Source: Candidatus Bipolaricaulota bacterium
GTDB taxonomy: Bacteria > Bipolaricaulota > Bipolaricaulia > UBA7950 > UBA9294
DNA: 64,000 bases
Assembly: GCA_040752575.1 (NCBI GenBank)
Contig: JBFMGK010000052.1
Span: 1,674-65,673, forward strand
Direction of reading: 5' to 3'
Shown here: piece after piece, positions 47,088-57,064 of the stretch
How positions within the stretch are numbered: position 1 is the stretch's first letter
Layout: each line of letters starts with the position of its first letter
The notes under the pieces: generated by a model
What the model saw: only the letters and a program-made list of their open reading frames with translations
What the model was told of the DNA's origin: nothing
The model's database searches: none
Position numbers and translations under genes: made by a program

Positions 47088-48022
47088 GGCGGGGCGGGTC
47101 CGCGCTTGCGATCGTGGTGTGGCTCTTGGCCGCGGCGGGCTGCGGCCTCTTCGCTCCCGATCCCGCGGCGGAGTTCGACGTCTCTCCTCTCGTTGCCTAT
47201 TCAGGAGATCGGGTGACGCTTGATGCCTCGCCGTCTCGCGGCACGCTCGTCGACTACCGCTGGGAGGTCAACGGTATCCGCGCGAGCGGTCGGCAGACGA
47301 CGCTTACGTTGGAGCGTCCGGGCATCTACCCTGCGGTCCTGACGGTTGAAGACGGACGAGGCCGGACGGCAACCGTCGAACAGGAGATCGTCATCTACGC
47401 GCGGAGCGGCACGAGAATCTGGACCGAGACCTTCAGCGACGGGACCGCGGCGCTCGGTCGCTGGCCGCTTGACCCGACCTGGGCTGTTCCCGGGCAGAGC
47501 ACGGTGGAGCAGATCTCCGGGCCGCAGGGCTACGTCTTGGCGGTCGCGAGCTCCGGGCCGAACTACCACCGCCGCAGCGCGCACGTCGAGGTACCTCCGC
47601 TTCGCGTTGGGCAGCATCTCACGATCGAGGCGCGAATCATGGTCCTGCAGGTCCAGGAACACCAGACGATGCTCTTCGCGCCGGCTCGCTCCGACCTTGC
47701 CCTGCCACCGTCGGGTTTCCCGTACTACGTCCTCTCGACGGACTACGGGGGATCGGCGATCCGCGAACCCACGACGGCCGGCGGGGTCGAAGCCGCACAC
47801 CCCGTAGCCTTCTTGCCGGAGATCTACGTTTGGCACACCTACGCCATGGACGTTTCGCCAACCGGCTACCGATTCCGCGTCGATGGCTCGGTCCTGCTCG
47901 AGGGCCCGTGGGAAGCCGAACTCGCGCGCGGCGGCGTTTGGTGGATCGTCCTCGGCGACGAGAGCCTGACGGAAGAGTGTCGGGCGCACTACGACGACGT
48001 AGTCGTCTCGGTTCAGGAGTAG
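47084..48022 (+). CDS. Lipoprotein with PKD domain and C-terminal jelly-roll-like domain
   Basis: GTG at 47084 overlaps the previous stop. Lipobox LAAAGC. Confidence 0.55.
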   Translation: MRRGGSALAIVVWLLAAAGCGLFAPDPAAEFDVSPLVAYSGDRVTLDASPSRGTLVDYRWEVNGIRASGRQTTLTLERPGIYPAVLTVEDGRGRTATVEQEIVIYARSGTRIWTETFSDGTAALGRWPLDPTWAVPGQSTVEQISGPQGYVLAVASSGPNYHRRSAHVEVPPLRVGQHLTIEARIMVLQVQEHQTMLFAPARSDLALPPSGFPYYVLSTDYGGSAIREPTTAGGVEAAHPVAFLPEIYVWHTYAMDVSPTGYRFRVDGSVLLEGPWEAELARGGVWWIVLGDESLTEECRAHYDDVVVSVQE

Positions 48023-48061
48023 TCGATCCGCCGGTCGGGCTCGGGAAAGGGGGGAGGCGCC

Positions 48062-48550
48062 GTGGTCGGGCTGTTGACGCTCGTCGCCATGTGGTTTTCC
48101 CTTACCCGTTCCGCGGAGCCTCTCTCTTTCCTCGTCGCGGCCTGCTTGGCACTTGGCGCGATGGGCGCGAGCCGCTGGGTTCTGCCGAGAACCGAAGGTC
48201 TGGGATCTCTCGTCCTGCGTCGGCCGCACCGTGCAATAGCTTTCCTGGTTGGCCTTGTCTGGCAGATCGCCCGTTCCACGCTCTACACGTGCCGCGTGAT
48301 CCTCTTCCGCCGAGAGGAGGGAAGGATCGTCGCGCTGCCGACGGCCTTGCACGGCCCCCTGGCTCAGTTCCTCCTCTCGCATGCGGTCACGTTGACCCCG
48401 TCAACGATCAGCCTCCTCGTCGAGGAAGATCTGGTCTACATCCACTGGCTGGGCGTCGAGGGTCATCCGGGAGACCTGTCCGGCGTGAAGGAACCCCTCG
48501 AGCGGCTGCTAGCTCGGTGGACTGGAGGGCAGGCCGATGCCCGTCCTTGA
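48062..48550 (+). CDS. mrpE: Na+/H+ antiporter (Mrp/Mnh) subunit E
   Basis: 162 aa. MnhE-type sequence. Confidence 0.8.
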   Translation: MVGLLTLVAMWFSLTRSAEPLSFLVAACLALGAMGASRWVLPRTEGLGSLVLRRPHRAIAFLVGLVWQIARSTLYTCRVILFRREEGRIVALPTALHGPLAQFLLSHAVTLTPSTISLLVEEDLVYIHWLGVEGHPGDLSGVKEPLERLLARWTGGQADARP

Positions 48551-48791
48551 GGGGATCCTCCTTGCCTCGCTGGCGCTCGTTCTCGTGCGGCTGGCGTTCG
48601 GCCCCAGCCCCTGGGACCGCCTCATGGCCGCGAACTCGGCGTCGACCCGCGTCGTCCTGTTGATCTGCGTCGCCGCGGTGCTCCTGGAACGTCCGGCGCT
48701 TCTGGACGTGGCCCTGGTCTACGCCGCGCTCAGTTTCCTCGGCGTCGTGATCATGGCTCGCACCCTAGAGCGGCCGGGAGGGACGCGATGA
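48537..48791 (+). CDS. mrpF: Mrp/Mnh antiporter subunit F
   Basis: 84 aa, 3 TM, MnhF-like. Confidence 0.8.
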   Translation: MPVLEGILLASLALVLVRLAFGPSPWDRLMAANSASTRVVLLICVAAVLLERPALLDVALVYAALSFLGVVIMARTLERPGGTR

Positions 48792-49075
48792 CGGCCTGGG
48801 TGCTGATGGGCCTTGGAGCCGGTCTTGTTGTCGTCGGTACGGTCGGCGCTCTCAGGTTCCGCGACGTCTACTCGCGGCTCCAGGCAAGCGGCGTCGCGGA
48901 CACCACCGGCGCAGCCGTGCTTCTGCTCGGCCTCATCGTCCACGGGGGACTTCAGCGAGAAGACGCGACGCTCGCACTTCTGCTCGTCGTCCTCCTTGCG
49001 ACAAGCCCCATCGCAACGCACAGCATCGCCAAGAGCGCGTTCACGCAGCGTCATGGCAGCGAGGGGGGACCTTGA
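48788..49075 (+). CDS. mrpG: Mrp/Mnh antiporter subunit G
   Basis: 95 aa, MnhG-like (GxxRFRD ... LHGG). Confidence 0.8.
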   Translation: MTAWVLMGLGAGLVVVGTVGALRFRDVYSRLQASGVADTTGAAVLLLGLIVHGGLQREDATLALLLVVLLATSPIATHSIAKSAFTQRHGSEGGP

Positions 49076-49854
49076 ACGGCGTGACCGCCCTTCTGATCCT
49101 CCTCGTTCTGGTCGCAGGTTTTGCGCTCGTTCAGCGGCGTCGGCTGTTCGCGATCCTCGGCATGTCCGTGTTCAGCCTTCTTCTCTCCGCCGTGTTCCTT
49201 CTCGCCTCGGCTCCCGACGTCGCGATTACCGAGGCCGCGATTGGCGCTGCCCTCGGAACGTTCGTGTACGTGCTGGCCATCCGCAAGACGGGACGTCTCA
49301 TGGTCGCCGCCAACGACGTCCCCGGCCTCCTGCACGAGGAGACGGGCGTGCTCTCGGGATTCGAGGTCGACGTTCTGCGGCGCGTGGCCGCGGCCAGTGG
49401 CCTGGAACTGGTCGTTGGGCTGATGTCGCGCGACGAGGTCGAAGACGCCGTCCGACGAGGCGAGGCCGACGTTGCCGCCGGCGGCATCGTCGAGAGCCCT
49501 GATGCCCAGCCTGATCTCCTGGCGACGGAGCCCCACCTTGCCACGGCCCAGTTCACAGTCCGCACTCCATCTGCACAAGGGCCTTCCGCCATCTTCCGCG
49601 GCGAGGTTGGCGATCTCATCGATGCCGTGCGCGGGGGCGACGAGGTGGCTGTAGACCTCGATCTGGCGCGGCTGCTTGCGCTCTCCCGCGCGACGCCGCG
49701 TCAACTGGAGGTCGCTAGGCGAGACGGGACCGCGGGCTACGTGTTCCTTGTGGCCGGCGAGCGGGGGGATCTGCTGCAGCGCGTCAACGCGGAGATCGAC
49801 CGCATGCGACGGGCGGGAGAACTCGACGAGATCGCGCGGAGGCACCTGTCATGA
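49072..49854 (+). CDS. Fusion of a DUF4040 (MbhD/MrpB-N-like) membrane domain with a periplasmic type-3 solute-binding-protein-like domain
   Basis: N-terminal approx 75 aa LLILLVLVAGFALVQRRRLFAILGMSVFSLLLSAVFLLASAPDVAITEAAIGAALGTFVYVLAI. C-terminal part resembles SBP_bac_3 (GFEVDVLRRVAAASGLELV ... DVAAGGI). Confidence 0.55.
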   Translation: MNGVTALLILLVLVAGFALVQRRRLFAILGMSVFSLLLSAVFLLASAPDVAITEAAIGAALGTFVYVLAIRKTGRLMVAANDVPGLLHEETGVLSGFEVDVLRRVAAASGLELVVGLMSRDEVEDAVRRGEADVAAGGIVESPDAQPDLLATEPHLATAQFTVRTPSAQGPSAIFRGEVGDLIDAVRGGDEVAVDLDLARLLALSRATPRQLEVARRDGTAGYVFLVAGERGDLLQRVNAEIDRMRRAGELDEIARRHLS

Positions 49855-50558
49855 CGTGGCGTCGCGCGATGCCGTGGGCGGCCGTCGCCGTCGTCGCCGC
49901 GTTCTGCGGCCTGGTGCTCAGCCAGTTCGGTCTAGGGCAGGAGAGGGCATCCGACGCGGAGCTGTGGATGCGCGCTGCGGCATCCCTCGGTGCACGGAAC
50001 GTCGTCTCGGCGATCATCCTCGGCGTTCGTCTCCTGGACACCCTGGTTGAGGTCATCGTCTTCACGGTTGCCGTTCTCGGCGTTCGCTATTTCCTCAAGA
50101 TCCAGGAAGAGTCGACGAAGGCCGGCGAAGAGATTCCGGAGTCGCCTCTCGTCGCGGCATCGTCGGCCATCCTTCTGCCAGGCATTCTTATGTTGGGTGC
50201 GTACGTCACGGTCTGCGGGCACCTATCGCCGGGAGGGGGATTCAGCGGGGGAGCGATCGCCGCGTCGGCGCTTCTGTTGGCTGCTGCATCTCTGGGCGCG
50301 GAACGGGTCAGCGCGCGGTTCGCCGAGTCGAGGTTCGAACGCGTCGAATGGGGCGCTCTTGCGATCCTTCTCCTCGTGACCCTCGCGCCAGCTTTGCTCG
50401 GCCGAGCCGTCACGACGGACCTCCTCCCCGCAGGCGTCCGCGGGAACCTTGCGAGCGGGGGCACGATTCTTCCGTACAACGTTCTGATCTCGGTCAAGGT
50501 GTTCTTGGGATCGTGGGTGATCGTGCACCACTTCCTGCGGCATCGGGGGGAGATCTAG
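49851..50558 (+). CDS. mrpB: Mrp/Mnh antiporter subunit B
   Basis: MnhB motif ARNVVSAIILGVRLLDTLVEV. Polytopic. Confidence 0.75.
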   Translation: MTWRRAMPWAAVAVVAAFCGLVLSQFGLGQERASDAELWMRAAASLGARNVVSAIILGVRLLDTLVEVIVFTVAVLGVRYFLKIQEESTKAGEEIPESPLVAASSAILLPGILMLGAYVTVCGHLSPGGGFSGGAIAASALLLAAASLGAERVSARFAESRFERVEWGALAILLLVTLAPALLGRAVTTDLLPAGVRGNLASGGTILPYNVLISVKVFLGSWVIVHHFLRHRGEI

Positions 50559-50917
50559 TGGTCGGCTGGCAGGGAGTAGCAGCGGCGATCGTTCTGTTCG
50601 GCATAGGGACGCTCGGTCTCATCCTGCGCCGCGACCTCGTGGTCAAACTTCTCGCGCTGGGGCTCGTGAACTCGAGTGTCATCCTGGCGCTCGTCTCGCT
50701 TCGCGCACGGCCGAACCTCGTGCCGCCGCTTCTTGACGGACCTACCCCCCAGGCTCTTGCAGACCCTCTTCCACAAGGTCTTGTCTTGTCGGCGATCGTC
50801 ATCAATTTTGCGGTTCTGGCTGTGGCCCTTGTGTTTGTGATGCGACTGGTCGAGCGCTATCACACAACGGACTCGACGCGATTGGAGCGCCGGACGCACG
50901 ACGAGGAGGAATCCTGA
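50558..50917 (+). CDS. mrpC: Mrp/Mnh antiporter subunit C (NuoK-like)
   Basis: GTG overlapping the mrpB stop. 119 aa. LGLVNSSVILALV motif. Confidence 0.8.
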   Translation: MVGWQGVAAAIVLFGIGTLGLILRRDLVVKLLALGLVNSSVILALVSLRARPNLVPPLLDGPTPQALADPLPQGLVLSAIVINFAVLAVALVFVMRLVERYHTTDSTRLERRTHDEEES

Positions 50918-52449
50918 CCGCGCTAATCCTGCCTCTGGCCCGCTTCCTGTTTGGTGCCCTGTCGATTGTCTTCGCCCCGGCGCGACGAGCCCTGCTCGTC
51001 TTGGCCTGCCTGTGCGACGTCGCGCTGATCGCTCAGCTGTGCACCGTGTTGCGCGGCGGTAGCTGTGCGGTCACGTTCGGCGAGTGGGGGTCGGGCCTCG
51101 GCATCACGTTCGCCATCGACATCACGAGCCTGGTCTTCGCCGCACTCGGTTTGGCGCTCTCGCTGGCCGTGACCCTCTACACCTGGCGCGAGGACGTGCG
51201 GCCGGCTTCGGCGGCGTTGTTTCACTTTCTGATTGGGGCATGTTACGGGATCTCGTTCACCAAGGACCTCTTCAACGCATACGTTCTGTTCGAGCTGGTG
51301 ACCGTGTCGAGCTACCTGCTTGTGGGCACCGACCGACGACCTCGCCAGATCTGGGCCGGGCTTCGCTACCTGATCTTCTCGTCGTTCGGGATGAGCGTCT
51401 TCTTGCTGGGCATCGCCGTGGTTTACGCGCACGTGGGGTCGCTCGACCTCGATGTCGTCGCCGCCGCCGTGTCCGCCTCCGCCGGCGCATCCTGGGTCCG
51501 TCTTGCGTCGGCCCTGCTCGTCGGAGGCGTCGCCGTCAAGGCAGGGGTGTTTCTGTTCTCGCTGTGGTTGCCACTCGCCCACTCTCAGGCCCCACCTGCC
51601 GTCTCGGCCCTCTTGTCGGGACTTGTCGTCAAGATGGGCGTGGTCGAGCTCTATCGGCTCTCGGCAGCGTTTCCCATCGGCTTCGCGCTGACTGTCTTGG
51701 GCGTTGCGACGGCGGTCTTGGGGATCGCCTACGCGGTGTGGGCATCGGACCTCAAGAAGATGCTCGCCTTCCACACGCTCTCCCAGATCGGCTATCTGCT
51801 CATCGGGTTCGGCACGGGGAGCGAGGCCGCGCGGTACGGCGCGCTCGACTACGCGGTGGCCCATGGCCTGTTCAAGGCCCTTCTCTTCCTTGCCGCGGGC
51901 GACGCGGCGGCGGCTGTGGGGTCGTCGCGAATCGATCGGCTCGTTGAGGGACGCGACCAGTTGGGAGGCGCGACCCGTGCCGCCATAGGACTTGCCACGC
52001 TGGCCATCCTGGGCGTCCCGCCGTTCGCTGGCTATGCGGCCAAGGCCGTCCTCGAGTCGGGAATCGCTTCGGTTCCCCTACGCGTCTGCGTCTTCCTCAT
52101 CTCTGCCGGGACTGCGGTCTCATTTGCCAAGCTCTGGCCCGTTGTGGCGGGGAGTCCGAGAGGTAGGACGGCGCGTCCGCGGGCCGCCGCCTACGCGTTC
52201 CTTGGCACCGCGGTGATCCTATTCCTACCCATCTCCCGGGCCATGGAACCCGTCAGCGTGTGGTCGGCCACCCTCCACCTGCCTGCCATGGCCGAAGCGT
52301 TCGCCGCGTCGCTTCTGGGAACGGCCGGCTATCGATGGATCCGGCGGCATGCCCCGCGTCTTCCCGAGAGGATCTTCTTCCTCGAAGAGGGCATTCTTGC
52401 CGTCCTCGTCGGCATCTTCCTGATCTATGCACTCCTGGGCGGCTCGTGA
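50914..52449 (+). CDS. mrpD: Mrp/Mnh antiporter subunit D (NuoN/NuoM-like proton-pumping subunit); start uncertain, possibly a non-canonical start near the mrpC stop, with the ORF-track start at 51001
   Basis: About 480 aa polytopic protein with NuoN/MrpD motifs (YVLFELVTVSSYLLVG). A hydrophobic in-frame segment upstream of 51001 suggests an earlier start. Confidence 0.8.
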   Translation: MTALILPLARFLFGALSIVFAPARRALLVLACLCDVALIAQLCTVLRGGSCAVTFGEWGSGLGITFAIDITSLVFAALGLALSLAVTLYTWREDVRPASAALFHFLIGACYGISFTKDLFNAYVLFELVTVSSYLLVGTDRRPRQIWAGLRYLIFSSFGMSVFLLGIAVVYAHVGSLDLDVVAAAVSASAGASWVRLASALLVGGVAVKAGVFLFSLWLPLAHSQAPPAVSALLSGLVVKMGVVELYRLSAAFPIGFALTVLGVATAVLGIAYAVWASDLKKMLAFHTLSQIGYLLIGFGTGSEAARYGALDYAVAHGLFKALLFLAAGDAAAAVGSSRIDRLVEGRDQLGGATRAAIGLATLAILGVPPFAGYAAKAVLESGIASVPLRVCVFLISAGTAVSFAKLWPVVAGSPRGRTARPRAAAYAFLGTAVILFLPISRAMEPVSVWSATLHLPAMAEAFAASLLGTAGYRWIRRHAPRLPERIFFLEEGILAVLVGIFLIYALLGGS

Positions 52450-52481
52450 CCTGCTCACGGGTCTGGGATACGCTTGCGAAC

Positions 52482-53315
52482 ATGCAGCCGCGAAAGGATC
52501 TCCTGGGCTATCGCGCGTTCCTCGTCGACATCGACGGCGTCTTGACGCGGGGTTCTGCTGGCCTGCCCGGAGCTGCCGAAGCGTTGCGAGCTCTTGAGTC
52601 GGCTGCTCCGACGCTGCTGTTGTCCAACAACTCGACGCGGTCCAGACGCGAGCTGGCCCAGCACCTTCAGGCGCTGGGATTCTCTGTGGACCCGGCGGGC
52701 GTCTTGCCGTCGTCCACGCTCGCCGCGCACTACCTGTTGCAAGAGATTGGGCCGACGCGTGTCTGGGTTGTGGGAGAGGCCGGTCTGAGGGAAGAACTCG
52801 TGGCGGCAGGCCACGAGGTCGCGGCTCGGCCTGAGGACGCCGCTTGGCTGATTGTCGGGATGGACCGGAACCTCACCTACAAGACCCTCGATGCAGCGCT
52901 CCACGCCATGCTCGCGGGCGCACGGTTCCTCGCCACGAACGAGGACGCGACGTTTCCAACGTCGGATGGAGTCGTCCCCGGCGCGGGGGCTATCGTCGGA
53001 GCCCTGCGGGGCATGGGCTTCGCGCCGCATGCCGTCATGGGAAAGCCGTCCCCGCATGCGTTGGAGATCGCGCTGCGTAAGCTCGGCAGGCCGCCGGAGC
53101 AAGTCCTGATGATCGGCGATCGACTCGATACCGACATCGCTGGCGCGGCCGCTGCAGGGATGGACAGCGCGCTGGTCCTCTGCGGCGTGACGCGTGAGGC
53201 GGACGTTCCCCGCTCCGCGGCGGGTCCGACCTGGATTGCCGCAGATCTAGCGGCGCTCGTCCGCGGCGACGCTCGGCGCGTCGATCAGGGTGCAGGTAAC
53301 CAACCTGGCGTATGA
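52482..53315 (+). CDS. HAD-IIA family hydrolase (NagD-like)
   Basis: DIDGVL motif I. GDRLDTDI motif IV. ATG at 52482. Confidence 0.8.
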   Translation: MQPRKDLLGYRAFLVDIDGVLTRGSAGLPGAAEALRALESAAPTLLLSNNSTRSRRELAQHLQALGFSVDPAGVLPSSTLAAHYLLQEIGPTRVWVVGEAGLREELVAAGHEVAARPEDAAWLIVGMDRNLTYKTLDAALHAMLAGARFLATNEDATFPTSDGVVPGAGAIVGALRGMGFAPHAVMGKPSPHALEIALRKLGRPPEQVLMIGDRLDTDIAGAAAAGMDSALVLCGVTREADVPRSAAGPTWIAADLAALVRGDARRVDQGAGNQPGV

Positions 53316-53335
53316 TCGTCTTGGAGGTTGCGTCG

Positions 53336-54259
53336 ATGCATCGACCATCGCTGTTGCGCGTGGATCATCTGGTCAAGCACTACGGCGACGTCCTCGCCGT
53401 GGATGACATCTCCTTCTCTGTCCCGACAGGCGAGGTCTTCACGTTGCTCGGCCCGAACGGCGCGGGGAAGACCACGACCCTCGAGATTCTCGAGGGACTG
53501 CGTGAGGCGGACGCCGGGGAGATTGAAGCCTTCGGACGCCGCGTGCGCCGCATCGATCGCGTGACGAAGGAGCGGATGGGCGTCCTGCTCCAGGAAGGGA
53601 ACTTCGAACCCTACCTGAGAGTGAAGGAAGTCCTCCGGCTGTTCGCGTCGTTCTTCCGAGCGCCGCGCTCTCCCGATGACGTTCTACGCGAGATCGCGCT
53701 CGAAGAGAAGGCCAATGCCCTGGTGAAGACCTTGTCCGGTGGGCAGCGACAGCGCCTGGCGATCGGGGTGGCTCTCATCAACGATCCCGAGCTTGTCTTC
53801 CTCGACGAGCCGACAACCGGGCTCGACCCACAGGCGCGTCGCAACATCTGGTCGGTGGTCGCAGGGCTCACCGCCTCCGGCAAGACGGTCATCCTCACGA
53901 CGCACTACATGGAGGAGGCGGAGGCTTTGTCGCAGACGGTGTCGATCATGGACCACGGGAAGATGATCGCGCAGGGCGCACCGCGCGAACTGACCGCCCG
54001 ACTAGGGCAGGAGACGATCGTCGAGTTCGCCGCCGGCGACAGCGCAGGCGAGGCGGAGCAAGCCTTGACGACGTGTTGCCGCGCCGTGCGCCTGGACGGC
54101 GGGGTGATCTCCATCGAGACTGACGATCTTGTCGCAACGATGCGGCGGCTTCTGGACTGGTCGCGGGAGACCGGCGTGCCGCTCGCTGAGATGGCCGTGC
54201 GCCAGCCAAACCTCGAAGACGTCTTCCTGGCCCTCACCGGGCGGAGGCTGCGCGACTGA
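53336..54259 (+). CDS. ABC transporter ATP-binding protein (ABC-2/DrrA-like)
   Basis: Walker A GPNGAGKTT. Signature LSGGQRQRL. Walker B VFLDEPTTGLD. Confidence 0.85.
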   Translation: MHRPSLLRVDHLVKHYGDVLAVDDISFSVPTGEVFTLLGPNGAGKTTTLEILEGLREADAGEIEAFGRRVRRIDRVTKERMGVLLQEGNFEPYLRVKEVLRLFASFFRAPRSPDDVLREIALEEKANALVKTLSGGQRQRLAIGVALINDPELVFLDEPTTGLDPQARRNIWSVVAGLTASGKTVILTTHYMEEAEALSQTVSIMDHGKMIAQGAPRELTARLGQETIVEFAAGDSAGEAEQALTTCCRAVRLDGGVISIETDDLVATMRRLLDWSRETGVPLAEMAVRQPNLEDVFLALTGRRLRD

Positions 54260-55455
54260 TGGCCGTGCGATCGATCGCCCGCGCCTACATCATCACTTCG
54301 CTGCGCGAGCGAATCACTCTCTTCTGGTTCCTCGCCTTCCCGCTCCTTCTGCTGGTCCTGTTGACGTTTGTGTTCGGCAACGTCGGCAACAGCGTCCGCA
54401 CATCGTTCGACGTGACGCTCGTGAACTTCGACGACGGCCGCGACGCACGCGCGGCGGCCGCCCTTGCCGGTGCGATGGCCACGCTTGCCGCGACGGAGGA
54501 CGGAACTGCGCCGCTGTTCGTCCTTCATCTCCCGCCCGTCGACGCCGATCGAAGCGCGTTCCTTGTATCCGAACTGAACGAACTCCGTGTCGGACGGAGA
54601 GCGGTGGTCGTTGAGATTCCCCTTGGTCTGAGCGCGTCCGTCGATGCGGCCGCCCGCGGCGCGGCGAGCGCCACGCTCGCCGTCGAAATCCACAAGAGCG
54701 GCGGGAGGACTGGATCGGACATGGCGGCTTCGATCGTCGAACACGTCGTCGCCGGAGTTGATCGGTCGCTACTCGTGCAGTACGGGCTGTTCGATGAGAG
54801 CCGCACACTCCGCGTAGAGCGGCTCGAGTTGGGCGCCGGCGCGCGCACGTTCCGCTACGTCGATTTCCTCCTGCCGGGCATCCTGTTGATGGGCTTCTTC
54901 ACCGGCGGGCTGTTCGGCGTGCCGGGAACCCTTCTGTTCGGCCGGGAACGCCGGATTCTACGCGGTTATTGGGTCACACCGCTTGACGTACCCCACTACC
55001 TTGCCGGCTTCGCCCTCGGCCACCTCGGCCTGTGCGCGATTCAGTTCGCTTGCGTCTGGGGAGTCGCTCGCTTCGCACTCGGGGCCGACGTCCCGTTGTG
55101 GCGCCCGCTCGTACTCGCCGCCCTGCTCTTCGCGGCGATGACGTTCCTCGCGATCGGGTTTCTCGTCGCCGCCGTCGCGCGGACGGCGAACGGCGGGATG
55201 GCGCTAGCCAACGTCGTCAACATGCCGATGATGTTCCTCGGCGGGCTGTTCTTCCCCATTGGGCAGCTTCCCGGCGCGCTGCGGGCAGTGATGTTGGCCA
55301 ACCCCGTGACGTATCTCGCCGACCTCCTGCGCGGCCTGACGGGAACCGCGGCTCCCGTCCTGCCGGTGGCGGCGAGCGTCGGCGTTCCGCTGGCTTGGAT
55401 CGTGGTCTGTGCGCTCGTTGCGGCCAGACGGCTTCAGTGGGATGTGAGCCGATGA
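54259..55455 (+). CDS. ABC-2 family transporter permease
   Basis: 398 aa. N-terminal TM, large extracytoplasmic loop, C-terminal 5 TM. Confidence 0.75.
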   Translation: MAVRSIARAYIITSLRERITLFWFLAFPLLLLVLLTFVFGNVGNSVRTSFDVTLVNFDDGRDARAAAALAGAMATLAATEDGTAPLFVLHLPPVDADRSAFLVSELNELRVGRRAVVVEIPLGLSASVDAAARGAASATLAVEIHKSGGRTGSDMAASIVEHVVAGVDRSLLVQYGLFDESRTLRVERLELGAGARTFRYVDFLLPGILLMGFFTGGLFGVPGTLLFGRERRILRGYWVTPLDVPHYLAGFALGHLGLCAIQFACVWGVARFALGADVPLWRPLVLAALLFAAMTFLAIGFLVAAVARTANGGMALANVVNMPMMFLGGLFFPIGQLPGALRAVMLANPVTYLADLLRGLTGTAAPVLPVAASVGVPLAWIVVCALVAARRLQWDVSR

Positions 55456-56519
55456 CCGCATTCCGCGCCCTGCTTCGCGCCGAGGCTGCCGTTCTCCGCC
55501 GCGATCGTGCGTCGCTCGTGTTCACGTTCCTCTTCCCGCTCCTGTTCATCTTGATCTTCGGCGCGATGATGTCGAGCGTCGGATCGACCGAGTCAACGCG
55601 CCTCGGCGTTGTCGTGCTCGACGGCGCCGATCGCGACGTCCTCGATCGCGTCTTCGCTGGATCGGTTGCCGAAATACGCCACCTCGCGAGCCGGGCGGAG
55701 CTCGAAGCGGCGATCGACCGAAGGGATGTCGACTTCGGCGCCATCTGGGACGGTGTCACGTTGGGTTTCGCGTTCGACGTCCGGCGGACCCAGGACAACT
55801 TCGTGTTCGATGAGCTGGCCGACGGCCTTGCCGCGCAGATGGATCTCGCCCTTCAGGGGCGGTCGCCGCTCCTCGCGTCGACCGTCCGCATCGCCGGCGG
55901 CGAGCCGGACGCCAGCTGGCTGACGCTGGTCGTGCCGGGGATCCTCGCGTTTTCCGTGCTGTCGGCGGGGCTGTTCGCGATTGCCGGCCACCTGACGTCC
56001 ATGAAGCAGCGCCGGCTGTTGGATCGATTCGTCGTGACTCCGATGCGGCCGACAACGCTTCTCGCCGCAATCGTCGTCGTTCGCCTTGTGGTGGTCGCGG
56101 TGTCGACCCTGATGACGCTCGCCGTCGCGACAACGCTGTTCCGAATCCGCTACGACGTGAGTTGGGTCCGCTACGTGGCGTTCCTCATCTCGGCGACCCT
56201 CGGAACCATGGGGATGGGTGCGGTCTTCACGCTGCTCGTCCGCCAGCCGTCGAGCGCAGGGAACCTGGCGAACATCGTCTCGATCCTGATGATGTTCACC
56301 TCGGGCATCTACTTCCCGGTCGAGATCATGCCGCCCTTTCTGCGAGGGCTCAGCCGCGCGATGCCTCTCACATACATGGCAGACGCCATGCGCTACGCGA
56401 CGGGAGTCATGGACATGCAGGACTCGGACTTCTGGCTCATCTGCGGAGCGTTCCTGCTGCTTGGCCTCGCCCTTCTGCCCGGCCTCGCCCGCTACATCGT
56501 GCGCCCGCTTCGGCGCTGA
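55452..56519 (+). CDS. ABC-2 family transporter permease (second copy)
   Basis: The ATG at 55452 overlaps the previous stop. Same architecture. The 140-aa ORF N-terminal extension was rejected. Confidence 0.75.
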   Translation: MTAFRALLRAEAAVLRRDRASLVFTFLFPLLFILIFGAMMSSVGSTESTRLGVVVLDGADRDVLDRVFAGSVAEIRHLASRAELEAAIDRRDVDFGAIWDGVTLGFAFDVRRTQDNFVFDELADGLAAQMDLALQGRSPLLASTVRIAGGEPDASWLTLVVPGILAFSVLSAGLFAIAGHLTSMKQRRLLDRFVVTPMRPTTLLAAIVVVRLVVVAVSTLMTLAVATTLFRIRYDVSWVRYVAFLISATLGTMGMGAVFTLLVRQPSSAGNLANIVSILMMFTSGIYFPVEIMPPFLRGLSRAMPLTYMADAMRYATGVMDMQDSDFWLICGAFLLLGLALLPGLARYIVRPLRR

Positions 56520-56526
56520 CCCGGCG

Positions 56527-56985
56527 CTAGGTGAACCAGCGCAGGGCTCCCACACTGATCAGCGTGACGAGTCCGGCGGCGATCACAACGCCGAGCGCGA
56601 TCGACAAGGCCGCGCGCCGTGGCGGCAGCGCCGCGGCGGCCGCCACAAACGCCGCCGTCCACGCTCCGGTTCCGGGAAGCGGGACCGAAACGAATAAGGC
56701 GAGTCCGACCAGGCCGAGCTTCTCGATGAGCTCGGTACGTCGCGCCGCCCTGCGATCCATCCACCGCAGCACTTCGCGCACGAACGGCACCCGCGCCACG
56801 ACGGGTCGCAGGTGCATCAGGATGAAGAAAGCCATCGGAACGACCGCCACGTTCGCCAGGCCCGCGACGATGAACGCCAACGCCGGGTCCGCTCCGCGGG
56901 CGATCGCGTAGGGTAGACCGCCGCGCAGCTCGACAACTGGCGCGGCCGAGAGGAGAACCGTGATGAGCCAATCGCACCCCGTCAT
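56527..56985 (-). CDS. Small membrane protein, possibly small multidrug export protein family (COG2426-like)
   Basis: 152 aa, 4 TM, ELRGGLPYA motif. Confidence 0.45.
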   Translation of the reverse strand: MTGCDWLITVLLSAAPVVELRGGLPYAIARGADPALAFIVAGLANVAVVPMAFFILMHLRPVVARVPFVREVLRWMDRRAARRTELIEKLGLVGLALFVSVPLPGTGAWTAAFVAAAAALPPRRAALSIALGVVIAAGLVTLISVGALRWFT

Positions 56986-57064
56986 GGCGCGATTCTAGCG
57001 GACAAGGGCGATGATGGCAGCGTGGGTAGGCCCCACGTATACTGCGCGCCGGGAGGCGATCGAC

